DNA from: Eledone cirrhosa
Taxonomy: Eukaryota
Assembly: GCA_964016885.1 (NCBI GenBank)
Contig: OZ024747.1
Span: 79,670,001-79,734,000 of the forward strand
Length of the DNA stretch: 64,000 nt
Direction: 5' to 3'
Positions within the stretch are counted from its first letter, which is position 1. Each line of letters begins with the position of its first letter. This document shows positions 52,311-63,179 of the stretch, in pieces. The translations under genes and the position numbers were made by a program. The notes under the pieces were generated by a model. That model was given only the letters and a program-made list of their open reading frames with translations, made no database searches and had not been told where the DNA came from.

Positions 52311-54002
52311 TCGGTTTTAGCTTAAAGTTAGGTTTTCTACTTTCCAGGAAAAAAGTTGATCCTCTCTAACTTGAGTGGTGTGATATAGTGTTGTAAAGTA
52401 TAGTGTTTCATAGTCTTGTGTGGTGTTGTCTATTGTTGTATAGTGTAGTATGGTATATTGTTTCATAGCATGGTCTGATGTGAGGTCGTACAGTGTTTCG
52501 TAGTGTGGTGTTGGATAATGTGGTATGGTGTAATGTTTGTCAGTGTGGTGTGGTATGGTATAGGTTGATGTAGTGTGGCTTAGTTTGATTATAATAATAC
52601 AAATAATAATAACAATAATAATAGTAATAATAATTGTTCTTCTTGTTCATTTTCTTTGTCTTCTTCTGTGCCTTTGTTTTCTTCTGTGCCTTTGACTTCT
52701 TCTGTGCCTTTGACGACTTCTGTGCCTTTGACTTCTTCTGTGCCTTTGACTTCTTCTGTGCCTTTGACTTCTTCTGTGCCTTTGACTTCTTCTGTGCCTT
52801 TGACTTCTTCTGTGCCTTTGACTTCTTCTGTGCCTTTGATTTCTTCTGTGCCTTTGACTTCTTCTGTGCCTTTGACATCTTCTGTGCCTTTATCTTCTCC
52901 TCTGCCATCTAAATACCAAAAACAAAGAATGTAAAACATGTATGTTGCCCATCTCTCAGACTTTACAAAGTGCTGAGGAGATAAAGTTAATTTAAAGAGC
53001 AGTGTGCTCATGCACTGTGATCCTATAATGTAGCTTATAAGCTATTTCATAACTAAAAAACAATGTCAAACTTCAATAAGAGTATATACAAATATCTTTG
53101 AATGTTTAAGTTAAACCTAAATAGATCGTATCTAAAGGTCATTAGGTTAAGACTGAACTAAGATCATATCTATAAATCATTAGGTTTAGACTGAACTGAG
53201 ATCATACTTTCTTCTTCTTTTCGTCATCTTCGTTTCCCGTGTCTTCTTTGTCTTTGTTGTCACTTTCATTTTAGTCGTCTGCTTCGTTGTCTTTTTCTTC
53301 TTTTCCATCTAAATATAAAAAAAAATTGTAAACAAATATATAGCTGATCTCTCAGACTTTCACAAAACACCGAGGAGATACAGTTAATATAACGAGTGGG
53401 GAGCTCATATATATATATGGTATAGCATGGTGTTATGTGGTCTGGTGTGGTACAACATGGTGTGGTATGATATGGTGAGGCGGGGAGGGGGGACAACGTT
53501 AGATTAATGTTAACAATACACATGTAACATCCACATGTGATGAGAAGGGTGAAACAGTGTTTAACTAATTTTAACATTGCATGTAGCATCCATCTACAGG
53601 TGATTAAGTTAAGACTGAGGTGTAATCATATGAAAAGGTCAATTTGAAACTACACTGAGATTCTGCTTAAAATGATGGTCAATGAAGTATTTACTTACTC
53701 AGATCCTTTGAAATAACTTTCTTTCTCTTACTGTTACTGGACATACGTACGAAATAGAAAACAGTCGAATAGACAGTGGTGTGGTGTGGTTTAGTGTAGT
53801 GGAGTGTGGTTTAGTGTAGTGGACAATGGTGTGGTGTAGTGGAGTGTGGTTCAATGTAGGGTGGGGGATATGGTGTAGTGGAGTGTGGTGGGATGTAGTG
53901 TGGTAGCATGTGATGTGATGTGGCATGGCATGGTGAAATGTGATGTGATGAAATGTGGCGTGGCGTGGTGAAATGTGATGTGATGTGAAATTTTTTCATC
54001 CT

Positions 54003-55072
54003 ATTTTTCATGTGCTATCAACTAATCCAATCTCCAAGATGCTTGAAACTGACTTTTTCCCCCCAGGAAAACGGCGGGGTGAGGTGGTTCCCCCTTCACC
54101 CGGATAACCCCTGCTTACTCGGAATTTTCTCTTTGATTCTATTTTCATGCGTTATCAGTGAATATGACTTCCAAACCAGTCAAAAACAACTAGCTTTGGA
54201 GAAAGAGGAGAGGGAGAGGTGAAGAGTTTGCAGATCTACACCCCACTCACATGTTGTGGGACTTAATCATTTTCGGTATATTCCCTGTGCTATTAATTTC
54301 CTGTGCTATTTCCTATGCTATTTCCTATGCTATTTCCTATGCTACTTCCTGTGCTATTTCTTGTGCTATTAATTAATCTGACCTCCTAGATGCTTCCAAT
54401 CAACTTATTTCCCTGGGTTAGGTTTAAGGTTGGGGTAATGTTTAGGGTTTAGTTTTAGGGTTGGGGTAGTGTTTAGGGTCTAGTTTTAGGGTAAAGTTTA
54501 GGGTTTAGTTTTAGGGTAAAGTTTAGGGTTCATTTTTAGGTTTGGGGTAAAGTTTAGGGTTTATTTTTAGGTTTGGGGTAAAGTTTAGGGTTTAGTTTTA
54601 GGGTTGGGGTAATGTTTAGGGTTTAGTTTTATGGTTGATGTATAGTTTAGGGTTTAGTTTAAGGGTTGGGGTAATGTTTATATTTAGATTGGTTTGGTTT
54701 AGATTTAGAGTTTAGGGTTGGGGCTAGATTTAATTTTATGTTTAATTTAGTTTTAGTTTCCATATTCCCAGGAAAAAAAATTGATTCAGAGCAACTAAAA
54801 GGTCAGATTAGTTGATAGCACTCAAAAGGAGACCGAAGAAAAATCATTAGGGTATATATCTACAAAACGACAATGGTTTTTCCACCTGCTTTACCCCTCC
54901 TTTTTCCTAGAACAACTAATCATTTCCAACTGGTTTGGAGGTCATATTCGTTGATAACATGAGAAAACTCTGGGGTTAAATGAGAGAAGTGCATCCACCT
55001 AAGTTTTCCATGAAGAGAGAGTCAATAACAAACATCTTGGAGTTCAGATTAGTTGATAACACATGAAAAAAA
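54003..55072. mobile_element. Foldback DNA element with modular inverted arms around a telomere-like (TTTAGGG-rich) core at 54415-54760
   Basis: Inverted pairs: ttttcatgtgctatcaactaatc..ctccaagatg / catcttggag..gattagttgataacacatgaaaa; gttatc..gaatatgacttccaaaccagt / actggtttggaggtcatattc..gataac; gtgctattaattaatctgacct / aggtcagattagttgatagcac; atcaacttatttccctgg / ccaggaaaaaaaattgat. Confidence 0.75.
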
Positions 55073-55427
55073 GATGAGGAAAAAATGTTGGGTGTTATGT
55101 GGAGTAGTGTGGTGTGATGTAGTGAGGTGTGTTTTTATGTGGTGTGGAGTAGTGTGGTGTAGAATTGTATGTTTTTATGGGGTATGGTGAAGTGTGGTGT
55201 GATGTGGTGCGGTGCACTGCGATGTGGTTTTGTGCAGTGCGGTTCTTCATCTTTATCTTCTTTGTATTCATCTTCTTTGTTTTGTCTTCCATCTAAACAA
55301 AAAAAAATATATATATAAAACATATATGTAGCCAATCTCTCAGACTTTTACAAAGCTCCAGGGAGATAAATTTAATATAAGTGGTGTGTTCCTGAACAGA
55401 GATACTACAAAATAGCTTAAAAGCTAT

Positions 55428-55760
55428 ATCATCATCATCACCGTTTTACGTCCGTTCTTCCATGCTAGCATGGGTTAGACGGGTTGTCCTGTTGTGGGCA
55501 GTGTCTGGTCGGCTGACCATGCCTTGCTCATACAGGAACTGATCTGGCTTGATTTCTACAGCTGGATGCCCTTCCTAACACCAACCTCATTTACAGTGAG
55601 TGCTGGGTGCTTTTTCGTGGCGCCTACACGTCCACTTTACAGTGTGGGCTGGGTGCTTTTTTGCCGTGGCACCTCCACGACCACCTTGCGGTGGGAGGTG
55701 TGGGGGCATATTGTCTATTTGCTTCAGCTTGTACCCATGGGAGGTCGGGTACTCTGTATT
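55428..55760 (-). mobile_element. RTE-type 3' end (LINE or RTE-tailed SINE)
   Basis: (CAT)n tail, ttttacgtccgttcttccatgctagcatggg, tttctacagctggatgcccttcctaacaccaacc. Confidence 0.8.
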
Positions 55761-56034
55761 ACTGTGAAAAGCAGCTACAGAATGCTAATTTTTGCAAACT
55801 GTATTTCGACCAATCGATATGTAGTTTCACTGGATTACTGAAGCTGATTGGATTAGGCATCACGGTTGGTTGGCCATGTCTAACGACTTCTATTTGGCCC
55901 TATTCAAAGCATCAATTGTTTTGCTATTTTTAGAAATGATGAAAATAGCATTTTCTAGGGTTTTTATACCCCTAAGAATTATTATTGTTCATTTAGCTAA
56001 TAATAAACAAGAAAGACGGTATCATTTGCCCATT

Positions 56035-56167
56035 TCATTTGTATAACATCTGCCCTACGTGTTCTCATATCAACGGATATCAACGAATATCTCATATCAA
56101 CGGATATTTACATCTTGCATGGATTTTTGTCGGAAGAAAACACGTAGGGCAGATATTATACAAATGA
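56035..56167. mobile_element. Mini-MITE/hairpin with about 29-bp inverted repeats
   Basis: tcatttgtataacatctgccctacgtgtt / aacacgtagggcagatattatacaaatga. Confidence 0.65.
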
Positions 56168-57561
56168 CATATGTCTTCGAAATAAGTATAATAAAATAAA
56201 TATTTTATATACACACACACATTATATATATATATATATATTATATATATATATATATATAATATATATATATATATATTATATATATATATATATATAT
56301 AAATGAAAAAGAACAAAGGAACTTTTATGACATTATAACAAGTTATTGCCGACAGCCGTTTCGTCCGACCATATGGTGGGACTTTCAAGGCGTATAACAA
56401 GTAATTGTAAGTTCATTATTTTCATCAATGTTTCACTCAAGATTAGCAGTTTGAAATCATGGTATACATCAACAGCTCAGCTTGTATATTTGGGGTCTAT
56501 ATTCTAAGGGGGCTCTTTTATATTAGTTGTAGGAGTTGTAAAAGGGATGGGTTATAGGGAGTTAAGAGAATTTGAAAAGGGCCTAAAAGTTAGGGATTGA
56601 AGGTTAAAAATTAAAGAATTTATAAGTTACGCATTAAATGTAAAAGACTTGGGATTTCTTAAAAGCACCTTAAAAAATCTCTCAATAAGCGCATAAAGCT
56701 TATAAGCCCCAATAAACCTAAAAAACTAGAAGAGATTAAGAAAATAAAAAAATAAAAATAAAGTTTCCTAAAAATTCCTTCAAAAGAAAAAAAATTTTTT
56801 TCTAAGAAATTCCCTTAAAAAATTTTAGAAAATTTACGAAGATTTAATACTCCCTACGAAAGTTCCAAACTCAAAAATTAAAAATTAAAAATTAGGGAAA
56901 AGAACTTTCAATAAGATTTAAGAGGTTAATAAAGTTAATGATTTAAGGAATCCATAATATAAAGATTAAGATTTAAGTTAGGATTTGAAGTTTAAGAGTT
57001 CCAAACCCAGAAATTAAAAAAATTAATGAATTTAAGATTAAGCAATCTTATATATCCAAGATTAAAAATTAAAGATTAAGAGGTTGAACATTAAATTTAA
57101 TTTTAAAAATTAAGAAATAAATAGTTGAAAGAAATTAATCAATTAAAGGTTAATTCAAAAGGCCTTCAAAAAATCCCTCAGAAAAGGCCCCTTTAATATT
57201 TTTAATAAAAACCTCTTCCGAGAGACCCTTCAAAGAATTAAAATTTTAGAGAACCTTTAAAAATATATATAAATGAATTGAGGAAAATTACAAATTAAAA
57301 ATTACGGGATTTGGGAGATCCGAGGAATTTCCAAAGGGTTTCTTCAACAGATACAACAACTTAGGTATAATAAATAAAGTAATTTAAGTAATCTAATTAA
57401 GGAGCAATTCAAAGAGCTTTTCAAGTTGGGCAAGATTAAAGAAAATGATAAGTAAGAAAATATATAAGCAAAAAGACAATAATTGTAAAATGTATTTTTA
57501 AGAAGGTATTAAATAGCTTCAGTAATCTAATAATGTATTATCAAAAAATTATTAATATAGG

Positions 57562-57948
57562 ATTAACAAAGACATAATAATATATTCCTGCCTAATTAAC
57601 AAACAATCAATAAACAATTAACAGTCAAGCAAATCTACTCAGGGATATCCCACGCACGGATACTTTACACACATACAGCAATATATAGCATTAACAAAGA
57701 CATAATAATATATTCCTGCCTAATTAACAAACAATCAATAAACAATTAACAGTCAAGCAAATCTACTCAGGGATATCCCACGCACGGATACTTTACACAC
57801 ATACAGCAATATATAGCATTAACAAAGACATAATAATATATATATAATATATTCCTGCCTAATTAACAAACAATCAATAAACAATTAACAGTCAAGCAAA
57901 TTTACTCAGGGATATCCCACGCACGGATACTTTACACACATACAGCAA
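57562..57948. repeat. 128-bp tandem repeat, 3 copies
   Basis: attaacaaagacataataatata starts at 57562, 57690, 57818. Confidence 0.93.
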
Positions 57949-58451
57949 GATGAACAATACAGGTGACCTTGTAGGTGCGATATCCATTGTGCGCATGCAA
58001 TCATCTGCTAGTGGTTGCAGGGTGTGGTCCGTTCGATCTTTTCCATGTAGTTTCGGTCGTGCCAGTTATTAAGCTATGCGTGGGATTGCACGCGTTTGCG
58101 ATAGATTAGCCTGCCGGTTCTAAATCCAAGGTTTTGCTGTATAGGATATATTGGTGTACATGATATATTGGTAAAAAAGTCCAGTATGGACTTGACTGGG
58201 GTGGTATATTGCGTCTCTCGCTATTATCCCCTCCTCTCACCAATTCCAAGTTCACACGCGGCTGGTCAAATGCTAAGGGCTGTCCCCTCTTTGTTTGTTG
58301 TAGGTGTCGGTTCTAGCTTAGATGGTGGTCGTGTTATCCATGTTGCTTCTATATCGAGTCAGTGATGCTGTTGATGTATACCACGATTTCAAACTGCTAA
58401 TCTTGAGTGAAACGTTGATGAAAATAATGAACTTACAATTACCTGTTATAC

Positions 58452-58496
58452 GCCTTGAAAAGTCCCACCATATGGTCGGACGAAATGGCTGTCGGC
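58452..58496 (+). ncRNA. Candidate minimal type I hammerhead, U3-A8 variant
   Basis: GCC-TTGAAAA-GTCC(caccatatggtc)GGAC-GAAA-TGGCTG-TC-GGC; mirror copy on minus strand at 56348-56391 has GAAACGGCTGTC but lacks one core A. Confidence 0.65.
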
Positions 58497-58649
58497 AATA
58501 AACTTGTTATGTCATAAAAGTTCCTTTGTTCTTTTTCATTAATATTTCTGCTCTGCTTATACGCATAGAGCTTAACTAGCTACCGTCGTATATTTGGTAG
58601 GTCAGGCGTGATCATCGCGATTTACGTACAACCTACCATACATCTTGCT

Positions 58650-58683
<34 letters not shown>

Positions 58684-58877
58684 CATACATAGTAATAATA
58701 ATAATATTTATACTTATATATGATTATAAATATGGATGATAGTACTAAGTACTAGCCAGTTAACGGTAGGAGAAAAGGCTCAATGTATATTTTCAAATGT
58801 ATTACAGAGCCCAGATACAAAATATAAAACAATAAAATCTTAATTTAATACATTTAATTGCTGATAAATTTTTTTTT

Positions 58878-58909
<32 letters not shown>

Positions 58910-58950
58910 CACAATAACTTTAACAAATGGAAACTATATTTATAAAACCA

Positions 58951-59002
58951 TATTTATTTTACACATATTTCAAGAGCCCACCACTTTCATCAGATAAAAT
59001 AC
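58951..59002 (-). ncRNA. Degenerate hammerhead-like motif
   Basis: Minus strand: TTTTAT-CTGATGA-AAG(tggtgggct)CTT-GAAA-TATGTG-TA-AAATAAA; weak A/T stem I. Confidence 0.4.
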
Positions 59003-59182
59003 ATATATATATATACATACATACACACATATATATATGTATGTATGAAACTTAATTATTCGTGTAATGCGACTCCTGTAACGTTTTTAATAATTATTTG
59101 ATATTACTTACCATTTTCTTATCTTTTGCTTTTACTGTTTCTTCATTTCTCCTGCGTTTGTTAACATTTGTGCTCTTCTCTG

Positions 59183-59343
59183 GAGAAAAATGGCGCCAAA
59201 CTTTTCCTTCTGAAAGAATAATGTGATTTGTCACGTGATATTACCTCTAAATATGTGTATACTATACACATATTTAGAGGTAATATCACGTGAACACAAT
59301 CACATTATTCTTTCAAAAGGAAAAGTTTGGCGCCATTTTTCTC
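59183..59343. repeat. Near-perfect 161-bp palindrome
   Basis: gagaaaaatggcgccaaacttttcctt...tgtgtata-c-tatacaca...aaggaaaagtttggcgccatttttctc. Confidence 0.9.
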
Positions 59344-59811
59344 GTATATACGTATTTTTTCCTTGTAAGTTCGGAAAAATGATAAACTGGAATAATTCTA
59401 AAATCGGGAACATTTTTTATATCACTCAAATAATGCTATTGCATTGAGCATCCTTTTCACACTTCCAGTATCGATGGAAAATGGTGAGAGTAGTTTCTCA
59501 AAGCTGAAGCTTATAAAATTTTAAATTCACTCTACAATGTTGCAAGAGAGTTTTGTGGACTTGCATTTTTAACGATAAAGCGATTATTAATAATTGAAAG
59601 ACTCAAAATAATAATACTATGGAATATTTTTACCGAGTCCGGTTAAGAGTATACTATTTTCCATTCCCGAGGGTATACTCTTAAGCAGACTCGACTGTAC
59701 CTCCGGGGCAAAGGTAAAACTTGCAACGATACATTTTCTCAAACAAGAACCTGGTTAATTTCGTGCTCGACAAGTCTGTCATCATAATTCAATACACATC
59801 AGCAACCAACA

Positions 59812-59877
<66 letters not shown>

Positions 59878-60711
59878 CCCTGTTGTATATCAATACTAGC
59901 TGCTTCCTACCTCTTTATCAGATAAATATCATTTTTTTTTTACAAGCTGTTTTTTAGTCTGTTTATAGATTCTGCTTGGGGATTACGTTATTGTTGTTGT
60001 TTAGCCCTAGGTCAACCTTGACTAAACCACAGAATTCCATTATGATCAACGGTATTCCAGCCACGACCATCCCGTCGTTTTAGGTGTATCTAATACGTAC
60101 ATTATCGAACATCGTGTTCTTTCTTAATATTTTTTTAAGGTGGGTGGAAAGAATTGGCTGTTATTTCTAGCAAACTGAGTGCCCACATAGTATGTGTATA
60201 TGGGGGAGGGGTATGTTAAAGTAAGGGAGTACAAGTATTTGTGAAACATTTAACCATTTACATTATAAATTTAAATGTGTGGGTAGTTCTTGGTGATCGA
60301 ACGAAAGGAACCGATACGAGATCCATTAATTCTGTATAAGCCTCTCAGAGGTTCATCGATATACCAACCATTGGTAAATATTCCAAGCACACACATATAT
60401 ATATATACATACGTACACAGCATTTTCCTCACGAAGGGCGAGAGTGACGATCGCAAACATATATACATATACACACCACATATATATATATACGCAGAAA
60501 CACACACATACAATAACGACGTGTACTACGATTCTGGAGGAGCGAATGATGAAGATGAAACTCTCTGCCGCAGAATAAATGGTATTTAATTTTAATAATA
60601 ATACTAATAATATATATATATATACATATATATATATTTCTTAATTGAATTGATTATCATTATCGTTTTTATGGCAAAAGATAGACAGAGAGAAAGATTT
60701 TGACATACATA

Positions 60712-61961
60712 TTTAGCAGCATAGAGTATAAATGTTATTGAGACACGAGTAACATAATAATGATGTCAACAGCAGAAATTAGAGATGAAATGTATGTTTA
60801 TTTTTGTCGTAGCACAAATAATGTTTGTTAACTAGTATGGTTGAAGTTACACATAAAATGAGGTTACAAAAGGGAATGCGCCATTGTGCCAGGCCCAAGT
60901 GCAAAATCTCACCGTCACATGTGTGGTTGTAACGATAAGTGAATGGATGGATGTAACTATTGGTATGGTGGTTTCGATGTAAAGAAAAATACCACGTTTG
61001 TGTTGTTACAAAGTTTATTTTATTATAACAATATTCAATTTGAATATTGAATGATAAAATCAATAACACAAAATATTCATACAATAATTTGGTGGCTCTT
61101 CGAGCCACGTAAATTCAAGTATCACAGAATACGATTATAATATGTGTAAACAGAAATGAATGGTGTTGAACTTACTATGAATGCGTGTGTGCTTGTATTG
61201 CAGGAGTCAGCGATCAGCCAGGAAGGTGAGAATAAGTGGCAGACTGGTTTTTCGTGACGAGAGCTTGTAAATGCGACTTGTCTTGTCTGTATATCACTTC
61301 TTTTCTTTTAACAAAAAGTTCGCTTTTCTTTTCTTTGAAATTTCCTAGGGAGCTAATAGAGTTGTTGTTGTTGTTAAAGCAAAGTCACAATGAATCTTCT
61401 GTAGAATCGAAGTCGAGCGTTGAAGAGCCTAGAGTCACCAATATGGCAGTCACGTCTGACGCCATAGTGGTGAGAAGACTGATGTCTTAATTTCTCGAGT
61501 CCCTGTGGTAACGAGACAGAAAGTATGGTGGTTGCGTCGGTAAAGTTACAAGCTGCCACATCGCCATTCAATGGTGTTGGTTAGTAGTTAGCCATGTGTT
61601 GCTGCTGATGGCTGGTAGTAGAGAAGTACTTGATGGTAGTCATTTTGAAATTTTCTCGTGGCGTAAATTTTTTTTTTTTTTATACATACACTGCCAATTT
61701 TAATTTTATTTCAAAAGGAATATTTTGAACTGAAAATATTCATCACGTCGGGGTCACCACTTTTAGCAGCATAGAGTATAAATGTTATTGAGACACGAGT
61801 AACATAATAATGATGTCAACAGCAGAAATTAGAGATGCAATGTATGTTTAACTTTGTTGTAGCACAAATAATGTTTGTTAACTTGTATGGTTGAAGTTAC
61901 ATATAAAATGAGGTTACAAAAGGGATTGTGCCAGGCCAATGTGCAAAATCTCACAGTCACA
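60712..61961 (-). mobile_element. Non-autonomous LTR retroelement (TRIM-like) with about 200-bp LTRs and tRNA-Trp PBS
   Basis: Direct repeats 60712-60919 and 61762-61961 start TGTGAC on the minus strand; PBS TGGTGACCCCGACGTGAT (plus 61742-61759) complements the tRNA-Trp 3' end. Confidence 0.85.
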
Positions 61962-62504
61962 TTTACGTGTTGCTAGTTCGACGTTCAGGGTACGAGAGCG
62001 AGATTCTTCAAATCTTCGCGGGAAATTTCTCCCACAGGGCGCGTAGAGATACATCCTCTTCTACTGGCGTTGATTGGCTGAGCTGAGCCAAATCACGCAC
62101 AGAGAATGTATGTGAGCCCGCGGAATGTAGGTCACTACACACACACATATGATAGAAAGAAGAGAGAAAAACGAGACCCTTAGAAACGAATAAGAGTCAT
62201 CAAAGCGATCATATGTATTGCTTTAAACTGTAATGCGAAGGGATACACTAGTATTTGAGGTACTATCATTTGGGATTTTAACCCTCGGACTTTTCCCTCC
62301 CGGTTTTGAAATTTAGGGGTGACTAGGAATATTACATAATGTAGGGATTTTCTATCATTTCTTATTTATATATTTATTTATCTACTCTCGTGATTGATAT
62401 TCCGACAAATGGGGTGTATTTTGGTTTTTTATTATGTCATGTATAGCATCCAAAAAATTTCTCCCTTCCCCCAATATATATATATATATATATATATATA
62501 CAAA

Positions 62505-62583
62505 CACAGTGTCCCCAAAAATGTATACACACTTCAACAGCAAAGTAATCAAAGTGTGTATATATTTTGGAGGGGACACCGTG
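62505..62583. mobile_element. About 80-bp Tc1/mariner-like mini-MITE in a TA/CA tract
   Basis: cacagtgtccccaaaaatgtatacacactt / aagtgtgtatatattttggaggggacaccgtg. Confidence 0.65.
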
Positions 62584-62642
62584 TGTATATATATATATGT
62601 GTGTGTGTGTATGTGTAAAAACGCAGCGGTATATTCTAATTT

Positions 62643-62680
62643 GGCCCTTTTAAGGGCCACCTATATTTTCATTTAAGTAA
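62643..62680 (+). pseudogene. Orphan H4-type histone 3' end (stem-loop plus downstream element) with no CDS
   Basis: GGCCCT-TTTA-AGGGCC-ACCTATATTTTCATTTAAGT matches 19645-19680 at 35 of 36 nt. Confidence 0.75.
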
Positions 62681-63179
62681 CTCAACTTACATCTCTATGC
62701 TTTAATTAAAAAAATATAAAAAACGCGTGAAAAAAAAATTTTTTTCATTTAAGTAACTCCACTTACGCGTGGTAGTAATACGGAAATAAACGATGTTTTG
62801 CTTTCATCGGCTGCTTCGACTGACAGCTAATAGCATTGTAGTGCCACCATCCGATGTGATGAAACTGAGAAGAAAAAAGAAGACGGTTAGAGAATGAAAA
62901 CTCTTGTCTAACGGAAAAAAGAACGAAGCTAGAAAATTCATTTTCTAAAGACGAGGAACTATCGCCGTGTGGAAGCATTTCTTCACCATTTTATCAACAT
63001 AAGAATCCTTTCAGAAGAAACAGTTTCACTCCAGTCCGTTCCATACATCCTTCATCAGCAACACACAAGGTACAACTCACTCGAAAACAACCTCCATCAG
63101 ACTTTTCGACGCTTTAGATATTTCTGAGGTAAGGGAAATTATTATTTATGGGGGCACCCTTTTTTTTAATGATTATTAT

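Larger units (their letters stand above)
22730..53433. repeat. Tandem segmental duplication: deleted unit (22.7-23.8 kb), 19.7-kb unit, 8.8-kb unit, partial unit (52.3-53.4 kb)
   Basis: Marker gttcggttttagcttaaagt at 23794, 43481, 52309; marker ttaaagagtgaccttaaatg at 28241, 48976; modules in the same order. Confidence 0.92.
56302..58540. mobile_element. Penelope-like element remnant bounded by about 175-bp inverted pLTRs carrying hammerhead motifs
   Basis: 56302-56476 is the reverse complement of 58367-58540; HHR in each repeat; no intact ORF recognised. Confidence 0.65.

Noticed and set aside
54415-54760. True telomere or chromosome-fusion site
   Set aside because: Degenerate, single orientation and enclosed by inverted arms of a mobile element.
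61742-61759. tRNA-Trp gene
   Set aside because: Only the 3' 18 nt including CCA, adjacent to an LTR, so it is a primer-binding site.
63020-63062. Other CTGATGA hits as hammerheads (63052 minus; also 2664, 6093, 6553)
   Set aside because: No consistent stem I and stem II pairing around the cores.
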